This document shows, one piece after another, positions 1-10,519 of a stretch of DNA of 64,000 nt (positions are counted from its first letter, which is position 1; each line of letters begins with the position of its first letter). Location: the NCBI GenBank assembly GCA_038087875.1, contig CM075994.1, positions 6,140,001 to 6,204,000 on the forward strand, read 5' to 3'. The position numbers were made by a program, and so were the translations under genes. The DNA is from Malacoraja senta. Lineage: Eukaryota. The notes below the pieces were generated by a model. That model was not told the origin of the DNA and ran no database searches. It saw only the letters and a list, made by a program, of their open reading frames with translations.

Positions 1-111
1 GTTTTTATTGTTTGACAAGCAAAGCAAAGATCCTCACTGAAGCTGATGTGTCAGCCAGTGCATCCGGTTAATGTTCTTCATACTGATATTGTATTGCATC
101 TCCTTTTAAAG

Positions 112-854
112 GCAAACGGCTGCAAGTTGAACTGTCCAAGAGTCGGCTGCGGATGCAACCTGGGATGGGCGAAAAAAACGGCTGTTTCCGGTGTGGTAAA
201 GAAGGCCACTGGTCTAAAGAGTGTCCCAAAGATCAAGGTGGTCTCGAAAGCAGTTTTGATGGCAACTTCTCACGCGATTACCTAGATCCCTTTTCGATGA
301 CCGCGCGCCCCATAGCTGGGTATGGAGACCGCCCTCTATACGATGAGCGATACGGGGCCGCCGACTACTACGAGAAGTATCGGGCAGGAGCGTACGGAGC
401 GGTCGGCGATTCTTATGAAAGAACGGCGCAATATACGGCTCTTGGCACTTCCCTGCGAGATCGTATCTCCGGTGCGGGGAGCCTATACGAGCGGCGGCCA
501 TTGTCGACTCCCACTACCTATTACGGTCGCGACAGGAGCCCTATACGACGGCAAGCGTCCATGTCTGCTGTGGGCAGTGGATATGGTTTCGAGCGCGGTG
601 GGCTTTCTCCATCTGCGTATGACCATACGAGTACTGCCGCGAGGGATGCGTACTCTGCAGCCCGGTACTCTGCAGCCCAGTATTCTGCAGCCCAGTACCC
701 TGCAGCCCATTACTCAGCTGCACAGTACTCTGCTGCGCAGTATTCTGCTGCTCAATACTCAGCTGCCCAGTACTCGGCTGCTCAGTACTCTGCCGCGCAG
801 TCCTCTGCTGCTGCCGCCGCCCAGTACCCTAATGCCCAGTACCCCACATACTAA
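112..854 (+). CDS. RBM4: Last coding exon of an RBM4 (Lark)-like RNA-binding protein; upstream RRM exon(s) lie outside the window
   Basis: Acceptor tccttttaaag ends at 111. The exon reads (G)[38 protein letters not shown], matching the end of RRM2 and the CCHC knuckle of RBM4 ([39 protein letters not shown]). It also has the RBM4-typical YYEKYRA, YERRP and [10 protein letters not shown] motifs. TAA at 852-854; donor CAG|GTGAGG after 860. Confidence 0.88.
651..851 (+). repeat. Coding 15-bp tandem repeat encoding about 12 x Y-S/P-A-A-Q
   Basis: Units tactctgcagcccag / tattctgctgctcaa / tactcagctgcccag etc., varying mainly at third codon positions. Confidence 0.9.
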
Positions 855-984
855 CTTCAGGTGAGGATCATTTAACTTTGATAATGTCTCTGTACTTTCA
901 TTAGCTTGTGTTGAAGAGGGTTCAGAGGAGGTTTTCGAGAATGATCCCCGAGGGGGGGGGGGGGGTGTTGTGGGGTGGTTGATT

Positions 985-1432
985 GGGTTAATGTACGAGG
1001 AGCATTTGGTTGCTCTGGGCCTGTCCTCGCTGGATTTTAGAGAGATGGGAGTGGGGGATCTCATCGAAACCTGCCGAATAATGAAAGACTCAGATGGAAT
1101 GGATATGGAGAGGATATTTCTACTAGTGGGAGAGTCTAAGACCGGATGGCACTGACTCAGAATAAAAGGACATACCTTTTAGAAAGGAGATGAGGAATTT
1201 ATTTAGCCAGAGGGTGGTGAATCGGTAGAAATCACTGCCAAATGTGATGATGGAGCTCCAGTCTTTAGATATTTGAAAACATAATAACATTAATTAATAA
1301 GAGTGTCAAAGGTTACGGGGAGAAGGCAGGAGAATGGGGTTGAGAAGAAAAGATTGATCAGGTATGATTGAATGGCGGAGTAACCTCAATGGGCCGAATG
1401 GCCTAATTCAGCTCCGATGTCTTATGCACTTA
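985..1432 (+). mobile_element. Decayed CR1-clade LINE 3' fragment
   Basis: YEEHLVALGLSSL..DLIET..GMDMERIF resembles the CR1 ORF2 C-terminus and is followed by a typical 3'UTR (gggccgaatggccta). Confidence 0.8.
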
Positions 1433-3595
1433 TGAAACGTTAGCCTCCTTTGGTAGTCCATATACATGAGTTATAATGCAATTGGTGCACACAGTCACCA
1501 TACTGCTGTATCACAGACTCTTTGTTTACATATTATGGCACATGCAAAGGCTGCCTCCATTGTGCATGGGCTGTTAAAAAGTCTGTGCGGTTATGGTTTA
1601 GGCTGGCCTGGTGCCTTGGAAGTTTAGAGCCAGTAAGCAAAATGTTGAGAGCTGGTAATTGAGATTCCACATGTCCACAGAAGTGTTGCTGAGCCTTAAT
1701 TTGCTGTAACTGTACGGATTACCACATTATTTACTTCCCATTGCAGGTCTGTGTTTAAAAGCATAGACCTGCTTTGTTATGCGCAGCTCTGGTATTCTCT
1801 CCATGCAGTAATCTTGGCTAATACACTGGGCTGGATTAATCAAACATGGTCACTGCAGCACTGAAGTCTAACAAACTGGATTTGGCTGTTTGGTGCCAAG
1901 TACATTCTGGTGAGAATGTCATCCGTACAGGCATAGTTAGCCCTTTTATTTTGTCCAGTCCCAAATTTGTGCACACATTTTTATTTCTTGTCTTGACAAG
2001 AAAAATTAAAGAGCATTGGCTCATTATGTAGGATGCCATGGGATTAGAAGGTGCAAAATTTGGTTGTGGTAGACTGATGACCAATGCTCTGTTTTAGAAA
2101 TGAAATGTGGGAGAGAAGGTAGACAGAAAAGGTTAGAGTAACTCAGCGGGACAGGCAGCATCTCCGGAGAGAAGGAATGGGTGACATTTTGGGTCAAGAC
2201 CCTTCCTCAGACTCAGGATTCAGGAGAGAAGGGATTGATAGGAGGAGAGGATCCAGCCTGGTGTGAACTGAAGAGTTGGGGAGAGCACCAGAGAAGCAGG
2301 AGCCGGGAGGCCAAATGTAAGATTTGGGGTGTGAGAAATAGAGCTATGCATTTGTGTTGTGCTACTTCAGCAAAACGCTTTGATTCTAAGTTGAAGTGCT
2401 TTCTGGCGCTACCCTAGATCAGTGCAATTCACTGTACTTTCTCTGATTCCTTTAAAGGATTGCAGAGAACGAGAGCCAGTTAAAATATTCTGACTCTATT
2501 GCAACTGAGACTCTCATTCCAACAGTTACGGGATTGTGATTTGTTGTATTGTTGTTTAATTGTGTTTCTTCCCTCACTAGCAGAGATGTTCCAAGCCCAG
2601 TTGTAATGTTTGACTCTCTCAGGAATAAGATTAACTAACAGCATCGAAGCTGACCCTTCCCATATCTGTATGGTTCCATGCCACAGTAAAATACTCATAT
2701 TTAAATATTAAAGAGAGAAATCAAGATAACCTTTGGTGCAGTTTGGATGAGGGAATGAAGCACATGCCAACTGTTTTCCAAGGTAGTTTTGTTGTAGTGA
2801 AGCACGTGCGGTAAACTGCACCTCCCAAAAGCAAACAAATCTTACTAAATTTCTAGGAATGGGGGTATGAATGATCAAGACAGTTTCCTGGAAATTTGAA
2901 ATTAGATTTGGCAAAGAATGTTCAAAATCTTAGTTGGGGGGGGGGGGAGAAATAAAGTTCATTGTTTTGGTAGATTATGGTTGATGAGTCTACTTCAGTC
3001 TTTACACCAATGAGAGCAGTTGCCATCTTAACCAGTCATAATGTAAATACCCTTCAAGAGCTCATTGTACCTCTGCTTCATTCTAGCTCTTCGTGTAAAG
3101 TAATATCCTTTATAGTCATGGGTAGTTTTTAATGCATGCTGTGGTTACATTATGTATGGACATGTACATTTAGACTCGTGCATGAGAAACTGATCAGGGG
3201 GTGAATAGTGGATTAGCATCCATAATCTGTGCAACAGAGGATACACACTGTCAAATAGCATCCCAGTTTGCTCCCTGGTACGATGGTTATGGTGGCGTCA
3301 AAGAATAAGCCCTGGAAGGTATATCTGGCAGACGGTGCTATTGTTGAATCCATTGAGTATATTGTCAGTGCTTCCATTCTCTGTATCCAGGGGCTAGGTG
3401 TTTGGCTAAATGTCTGTGGACATGGGCAAGAAATATGTCCCACATGATTTTGTTATCATTTTGTACCTGATAACAAAATGAGTGTTCATAGTACTGTGAA
3501 GTTTGGCTCTTCTTTCTGCTGATTAAGTGGACTTAAATTTCAGAGTGGTAGCTGATGTTAGTTAGTCCAATGTTGAAGATTGTACCGAAGTAGCG

Positions 3596-4055
3596 CCATA
3601 ACCATATAACAATTACAGCACGGAAACAGGCCATCTCGGCCCTTCTAGTCCCTGCGAACACTTACTCTCACCTAGTCCCATCTACCTGCACTCAGACCAT
3701 AACCCTCCATTCCTTTCCCGTCCATATACCTATCCAATTTATTTTTAAATGATAAAATTGAACCTGCCTCCACCATTTCCTCTGGAAGCTCATTCCACAC
3801 AGCTACCACTCTCTGAGTAAAGAAGTTCCCCCTCGTGTTACCCCTAAACTTTTGTCCCTTAATTCTCAAATCATGTCCTCTTGTTTGAATCTTCCCTACT
3901 CTCAATGGAAAAAGCTTATCCACGTCAACTCTGTCTATCCCTCTCATAATTTTAAAGACCTCTATCAAGTCCCCCCTTAACCTTCTGCGCTCCAAAGAAT
4001 AAAGACCTATCTTGTTCAATCTGCGCTCCAAAGAATAAAGACCTATCTTGTTCAA
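3596..4055 (-). mobile_element. CR1 (HER1-like) LINE 3' fragment with (ttatatgg)n tail
   Basis: GLYSLERRRLRGDLIEVFKIMRGIDRVD...FFTQRVVAVWNELP; ccatataa tail repeats at 3596-3610; same family as 18652-20631 and 38981-42556. Confidence 0.92.
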
Positions 4056-4727
4056 AGATAGGTCTTTGAACAAGATATTCGGTAGTGCAAAAAATTTGCG
4101 GAAATCGGCAAAATCTACGCTGAGCCATGGCCTTTTTTTTCCACTGAATGAACAAACCCTGCTCTGGAGTGGCTTTTTTCTCTACTGTTTTCTGGTGTAC
4201 AGCTATCAAGTGTTTAATAACCTTAAATTGGGAGATTGGACACTCTCACTGTACTACCTTATGACAATGTGCCCACACCCTTGGTTAGGTTTTCTCAAAA
4301 AAAATGTTTTTGTTGTCAATACCTTTTTTGTGCAATTTATTGAACCGTTTAGTCGAAGATCTAAACAGTGAGGCATGTTGCTCCGTCAAAACAAAGTGGT
4401 TTCCCTTTTCCATACACTGGGAGGGGTGATCGTTGATGCGCTACGCAGGCCTTGAGCCTTTGGATAGCAGGTATTCGGACTGCTTCCTGGCCGTAACTGA
4501 ACAGTGGTGTATGCGAACCGCACGACTGATCAAATGTCCGTAACAAGAATCAAGATGTGGTTGTGTCCCACTTGCAGTCGCCACTTGGGTATCACGAGGT
4601 TCAGACTATATTTGTTGGCAGGATTATAGAGTCCTGCTCTCAGTAATGTATTGTGAGTGGTATGCACCTGTGGCGGCAAGTTGAAAGGCCTGTTTTTAAT
4701 CAATCTGCACTGTCCCTTCTTTCGCAG

Positions 4728-5040
4728 GTTTGCTTTGCATCGTGACGAGAGCCGCGGTCCCGCAGAAACTCGGGTCATATATTTTGCTTGTTGGTATTAG
4801 CGTGGAAAAATGTTAGTGCGACACTAAATCTTAAAATATCGGTGTTAATTAGCTGCTGACTCAACTGCTCGACAAATTGTGACCACGTTATTTTTTGAAA
4901 TCTTTTTAGTTTTAATTTTTCTCTCTGGGTTTCTTTTTGCGTTCAGCGGAAATTACTCTCGTAATTGTCAAGAATTTAAATCTGAAGCATTTGGATTTCC
5001 TGTAACACGATTTACAATAAACAATCAGTATTCAGCCTGA
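4728..5040 (+). other. RBM4: Probable terminal non-coding (3'UTR) exon of the RBM4-like gene
   Basis: Strong acceptor tgtcccttctttcgcAG (4726-4727); non-repetitive, CpG-retaining, U-rich sequence; AATAAA at 5016-5021 followed by a GT-rich stretch. It would pair with the donor at 861. Confidence 0.6.
5016..5021 (+). promoter_or_regulatory. Candidate polyadenylation signal AATAAA
   Basis: Lies at the end of the candidate 3'UTR exon, with gcgtgttgcgtccgtgtt downstream. Confidence 0.5.
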
Positions 5041-5232
5041 GCGTGTTGCGTCCGTGTTCATCTTTAAAACCAACTTCTAAAGGTACTCTGTGGTACCTTT
5101 GTCAGATTTATTAATGCATAGTCTCAACTGATTGTATGTACGTAAGGGCCTTCCATCTGTACAAGGCTTTACGATCAATTTCTCTGGTGGTGTGCTGTTC
5201 TGTTGTCAGATTTCCATAGGTAAAGTCATGGA

Positions 5233-5730
5233 CGATTGAGGGAGTGCAGTGTAGGTTCACGAGGTTAATTCCCGGGATGGCAGGACTGTTGTACGTTGAT
5301 AGAATGGAGTGGCTGGGCTTGTATACTCTGGAATTTAGAAGGATGAGATGGGATCTTATTGAAACATATAAAATTATTAAGGGTTTGGACATATTAGAGG
5401 CAGGAAACATGTTCCCGATGTTGGGGGAGTCCAGAACCAGGGGCCACAGTTTAAGAATAAGGGGTAAGCCATTGGAACGGAGATGAGGAAAAACTTTTTC
5501 ACACAGGGTTGTGAATCTGTGGATTTATCTGCCTCAGAAGGCAGTGGAGGCCAATTCTCTGGATGCTTTCAAGAGAGAGTTGGATAGAGGTCTTAAAGAT
5601 AGCCAGAGTCAAGGGATATGGGGAGAAGGCTGGAACAGGCTGGATTGTGGATGATCAGCCATGATCACAGTGAACGGCGATGCTGGCTCGAAGGGCTGAA
5701 TGGCCTACTCTTGCACCTATTGTCTATTGA
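5233..5730 (+). mobile_element. CR1 LINE 3' fragment ((ctattgt)n-tail family)
   Basis: RFTRLIPGMAGL..LGLYTLEFRRMRWDLIETYKIIKG; ends cctattgtctattg. Confidence 0.9.
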
Positions 5731-6217
5731 CTGAGCCTCTATTATAGTGAATTCCACCGCTCTCTGCACCTTTCCAACCCTTTGTGCACAGCAGCATGTA
5801 CCCGTTGAATTGTTGTCTGCGCTGCTTTAGCAGATTCGAGAATAATTTGCTGTAGTTCCTGCTCCTCGTCACTAGGCTGTAACCTTGAGCGTGTGTGTGC
5901 CTGTTTACCTTGTGAAGAATGGTTATAGTCAGATATGCGAGATGGAATCCATCTAGGAAAGTGAGGACAGTGCAATTTTGTTGCTGTTGATTTTTACTGT
6001 GGCTGTCATTAATTAACACAACAGGGCACTTCACTGGGTTATTCCTGAGATTACAATTAATGCTTTTTTAAGGTTATTAAAAGCAAAATATGACAGATTC
6101 TAGAAATCTGCAATAAAAACAAGCCTGCTAAATCGTGTAAGACAGGGAGGTTACACTTGACGGCTGGCAAACGTGCATGGTCCAAAGACGTTCAGTGGGA
6201 GGAATCAACGCTATTAT

Positions 6218-6402
6218 GACAATAGGTGCAGGAGCAGGCCATTTGGCCCTTCGAGCCAGCACCGCCATTCAATGTGATCATGGCTGATCATCCCCAATCT
6301 GTACCCCGTTCCTGCCTTCTCCCCATATCCCCTGACTCCGCTATATTTAAGAGCTCCATCTAGCTCTCTCTTGAAAGCATCCAGAGAGCCTGCCTCCACT
6401 GA
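6218..6402 (-). mobile_element. CR1 LINE 3' end fragment
   Basis: Reverse complement of the 3'UTR seen at 5550-5730. Confidence 0.85.
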
Positions 6403-6566
6403 GGCGGTGGAGGCCGGTTTCTTTTCCATTGTGTGGATTTCTTTTTCCTGAGTGATTTTTTAATATTTGTAGCACGTGTGTGATGCATGCTTGGTAGTCC
6501 TAGAACTGCAGTTGGATTTTGGAAAATGAACGGTGGGGCATTGGGAAATTAGCTGCCTTATTGTGT

Positions 6567-6830
6567 CCGATATCCGGGTTCAATTCCTGACTGGGTGCTG
6601 TCTTATGGAGTTTGTACATTCTCTCCGTGACCGCTTGTGTTATCCCTGGGTGCTCGGGTTTCTTGCCATATTCCAAAGACGTACGGATTTGTAGATTAAT
6701 TGGCTTTGGTAAAGATTGAAAATTGTCCCTGGAGTGTAGCATGCTGCTAGTGTGCGGGATTCACTGGTCGGCACAGACTCAGTGGGCCAAAGGGCCTGTT
6801 TCCGCGCTGTATCTCTAAACTGAACTAAAT
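6567..6830 (+). mobile_element. tRNA-derived SINE (HE1/V-SINE-like)
   Basis: B-box-like gggttcaattcc; central gtttgtacattctctccgtgacc; CR1-like tail gggcctgtttccgcgctgtatctctaaactgaactaaa. Confidence 0.8.
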
Positions 6831-7109
6831 AACGTATATCAGCTGAACCCACTAACACATTTTACACAAATTTAGCTACTTGAATGAATATGATATTGGA
6901 ATATAGAACAATGCAACACAGGAAACACAATGTTTGTGCTGAACATGATGCCTGGCTGAACTGATCTCATCTGCCTTCACATTATCCATATCCCTATAAT
7001 TCCCCGCACTTCCATGTGCCTTTCTAAAACCCTCTTAAATGCCATTTGAGAAGCCCCTGCTGGTTCTGTTCCTAGAGTAGATACAATGAACTGCTGATAC
7101 TGTTTTACA

Positions 7110-7570
7110 ACAAAAAGATAGTGCTGTAGTAACTCAGCGGGTCAGGCAGCATCTTTGGAGAACGTGGACAGGCAACGTTTTGCGTTGGGGCTCTTCTTGA
7201 GACTGATTGTGGTAGGAGGGGAAGCTGGAAGATGGGTCGGAGCAGGACTGAACCTGGCAAGTGATTTGTGGACAGGCTGCTGAGGGGGGTTTTGATTGGC
7301 AGATAGTTAAGGTAAAGGGGGATGGGGGGAAGTTAGATTCCTAAAGTTGGAGAATGTTCGTACCATTGTGTTGTAGGCTACTCAAGTGGAATATGAGATG
7401 CTGTACTTCCAATCTGCGTGTGCACTCACGGTAAAAATGGAAGAAAGGTCAGTGTGGGATTGGGAAGGGGAGTTAAAATGGTAGCAAAAGGATGATTCAA
7501 CAGGCCTTGGACCAGGCGCAGGTTTTTGGCTAAGTGTTGACCTCGTCTACTCTTGATCTTGCCAATATTA
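7110..7570 (-). mobile_element. Decayed Penelope-like element 3' fragment
   Basis: Antisense similarity to the GIY-YIG end and terminal module at 8750-9224. Confidence 0.65.
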
Positions 7571-7921
7571 ATAAGTTGCAAAGTGCAGGAAGGAAATGCA
7601 GCTGCTGGTTTACACCGAAGATAGACACAAAATACAGGAGTAACTGAGCAGAACAGGCAGCCTGGTCCTCCATTGTTCAGTGTCCTTCCCCCATCCCCCC
7701 CACGCCGGGTCATCCTTTGTTCCTTCCCCGGCAGCAGCGATCTCATTCACAAGTGATCCGTCCTCATCCACCGCACCGACCTCTCCACTAACACCAACGG
7801 GTCCTCCCTGGACGCCTCCATGGTGCCGACCCAGGCCCCAGCCGTGTGCTCCATCGACCGAGCCTTGTTCTCGAGCGAAGCTTTGATCACACATTTTTAT
7901 TAAGTACAAGATGAAGTAGGA

Positions 7922-9224
7922 TGCTACATCGATGATTGTTTTGGTGCCACATCCTGCACCCACACACAACTGACTGACTTCATCCGCTTCACCACCAACT
8001 TCCATCCGGCACTCAAATACACCTGGACCATTTCCGACACTTCCCTACCATTCCTTGACCTCACTATCTCCATCGCAGGTGATAGACTCCTTACCGACAT
8101 CCACTACAAACCTACCGACTCCCATGGCTATCTGGACTACACTTCTTCCCACCCTGCTTCCTGTAAGGACTCCATCCCCCACTCCCAATTCCTCCGTCTA
8201 CGCCGCATCTGCTCCCAGGATGAGGCGTTCCACACCACGGCATCTGAAATGTCCTCATTCTTCAGGGAACGGGGGTTCCCCTCCTCCACCATAGATGAGG
8301 CTCGCACCAGGGTCTCTGCCATACCCCGCAACACTGCTCTCTCTCCCCATCCCCCCACTCACAACAAGGGCAGAGTCCCCCTAGTCCTCACCTTTCACCC
8401 CACCAGCCGTCACATACAACAAGTGATCCTCCGCCAGTTTCGCCACCTCCAACGTGACCCCACCACTCGCCACATCTTCCCATCTCCCCCCATGTCTGCC
8501 TTCCGCAAAGACCGCTCGCTCCGTAACTCCCTTGTCAATTCTTCCCTTCCCTCTCATACCACCCCCTCCCCTGGTACTTTCCCTTGCAACCGCAAGAGAT
8601 GCAACACTTGTCCCTTCACCTCCCCCTCTACTCCATTCAAGGACCCAAGCAGTCGTTCCAGGTGCGACAGACGTTCACCTGCATCTCCTCCAACCTCATC
8701 TATTGCATCCGCTGCTCTAGATGCCAGCTGATCTACATCGGTGAGACCAAGCGGAGGCTTGGCGATCGTTTCGCCGAACACCTCCGGTCGGTCCGCAATA
8801 ACCAACCTGACCTTCCGGTGGCTCAGCACTTCAACTCCCCCTCCCATTCCGTATCTGACCTCTCTGTCCTGGGTCTCCTCCATGGCCACAGCGAGCAACA
8901 CCGTAAATTGGAGGAAATGCACCTCATATTCCGCTTGGGCAGTCTACATCCTGGGGGCTTGAACATTGAATTCTCCCAATTCTGCTACCCCTTGCTGTCC
9001 CCTCCCCTTCATCAGCCATCTGGTTGTCTCCTCCCCTCCCCCAGCCCTCGGGCTCCTCCTCCGCCTTTTTTCCTTTCTTCTCCCCACCCCCTATCAGTCT
9101 GAAGAAGGGTTTCGGCCCGAAACGTTACCTATTTCCTTCGCTCCATAGATGCTGCTGCACCCGCTGAGTTTCTCCAGCATTTTTGTGTACCTTCGATTTT
9201 CCAGCATCTGCAGTTCCTTCTTTA
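7922..9224 (+). mobile_element. Penelope-like retroelement, 5'-truncated: RT C-terminus plus GIY-YIG endonuclease, one frameshift near 8625
   Basis: YIDD at 7925-7936, then FLDL, YKPT and SQFLRLRRICS; NLIYCIRCSRCQLIYIGETKRRLGDRFAEH...HPGGLN. Flanked by direct repeats acaagatgaagtagga (7906-7921) / acaacatgaagtagga (9225-9240). Confidence 0.93.
9099..9126 (+). ncRNA. Minimal hammerhead-ribozyme-like motif in the Penelope terminal repeat
   Basis: CTGAAGA-A-GGGT(TTCG)GCCC-GAAAC-GTT: conserved core boxes, 4-bp stem II with a UUCG loop, palindromic ACGT stem III. Confidence 0.6.
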
Positions 9225-9372
9225 ACAACATGAAGTAGGACCCGTTGGGTCCCTGTCACACGGGAGGCCTGGTCCCCCAACGCAACCCGTTCCCCAACGC
9301 AATATTCTGCCACTCACCCGTTCCCAAACTCAATATTCCACCACATCCATAGCCCCGAACTGCGCAGGAGCG

Positions 9373-9572
9373 NNNNNNNNNNNNNNNNNNNNNNNNNNNN
9401 NNNNNNNNNNNNNNNNNNNNNNNNNNNNNNNNNNNNNNNNNNNNNNNNNNNNNNNNNNNNNNNNNNNNNNNNNNNNNNNNNNNNNNNNNNNNNNNNNNNN
9501 NNNNNNNNNNNNNNNNNNNNNNNNNNNNNNNNNNNNNNNNNNNNNNNNNNNNNNNNNNNNNNNNNNNNNNNN
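9373..9572. other. Assembly gap (200 N)
   Basis: Run of exactly 200 N. Confidence 0.99.
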
Positions 9573-9868
9573 AAAAAATGCCGACTGACGTCACAATACA
9601 TTCACACGCTCCGGCGTCAGGGGCACTCCAGCATTGTAACCTGCTCGAGCCGGGGTCAGGGTCGTCGATGCCCGCCCGCGGCCCGGTGGGGAGGCTGCTG
9701 CCACGGGCCGAGCCAGGCGACTGGGTCTGAGCCTGGGCTGGAGCAGAGCGAGGGCCGAGCTCGGGGCTTGGGATAGGGCCGTGACCAGCGGCGAAAATGA
9801 AGGCATCGGTGGAACCAAGGACGAGCTGGGTCGACGACGCCGGTGGGGAGGCGGCTGCGTTAACTCAT

Positions 9869-9949
9869 CCTCATGGCCTTCTCGGAGCAGATCTTCTCCA
9901 CCAGCTCGTCGAAACTCGTGGTGCCCAACGTGACAAACACCGACTCCAT
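9869..9949 (-). pseudogene. ALG13: Isolated ALG13 exon 1 fragment (UDP-GlcNAc transferase subunit N-terminus) with mutated splice donor
   Basis: MESVFVTLGTTSFDELVEKICSEKAMR (27 codons) resembles ALG13 MKCVFVTVGTTSFDDL. It is followed by ATGAGT where a GTGAGT donor is expected, then TAA. No later ALG13 exon recognised. Confidence 0.78.
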
Positions 9950-9974
9950 CCCCCCCCCCCCCGCGGCCCGGCGG

Positions 9975-10160
9975 CAGCAGCGAGCTGGCAGGCAGGTAGG
10001 CGGGCGAACAGGACGGGGATGGGCTAAGCGGCAGCAGCATGCGGGCAGGCTGGGGACGGGCTGAGAGGCAGCAGCGGGTGACAGGGCGGGGACGGGCCGA
10101 GCGGCAGCAGTGGGCAGCAGGGCGGGGACGGGCCGAGTGGCGGCTGAGCCGGAGTGGGCA
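9975..10160. repeat. GC-rich degenerate ~33-bp tandem repeat
   Basis: Repeated gggcggggacgggccgagcggcagcag units. Confidence 0.7.
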
Positions 10161-10519
10161 GAGGGAGGGAGGGAGAGTCGGGTTTCAGGGTGGCCGGGCG
10201 GTTTGCGCGGTGTCTGAGTAACATCACACAGCCACGATGCAAATTTGTCCAATCGTCAATCAACGGGATCTAAACCACAGCTAACAATGGAGGAAGGAAA
10301 TGCAGATGCTGCTTTTTATGGAGAGAGGGAGGGAATGACTGAGGGTAGGGGCAGGAGAGAGGTGAGGGGGGGATTGGGGAGGGGAGGGTGAGGGGATGTG
10401 GGGGGATCAGTGGCAGCATAACGGGAACCCGCCGGTCGCGTGGGGGAGGGGGGATGGGCAAGGGGGCGAGTGCAGGGGCAGAGGCGGAGGGAGATCAGTG
10501 GCATCACAATGGAAACCCC

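Noticed and set aside
322..864. 180-aa +1-frame ORF overlapping RBM4, with a good Kozak context and its stop inside the intron
   Set aside because: The Tyr/Ala/Ser/Gly-rich main frame has few NTA/NTG codons, so an open +1 frame is expected; no recognisable protein.
2060..3100. TGATGA motifs in the RBM4 3' intron as C/D-box snoRNAs
   Set aside because: No convincing paired D box with terminal stem or recognisable guide sequence was found.
8584..9102. GIY-YIG ORF as a host nuclease gene or homing endonuclease
   Set aside because: It is contiguous with the Penelope RT, frameshifted, flanked by a TSD, and has several decayed copies nearby.
9256..9601. ORFs containing X runs
   Set aside because: They translate across the assembly gap.
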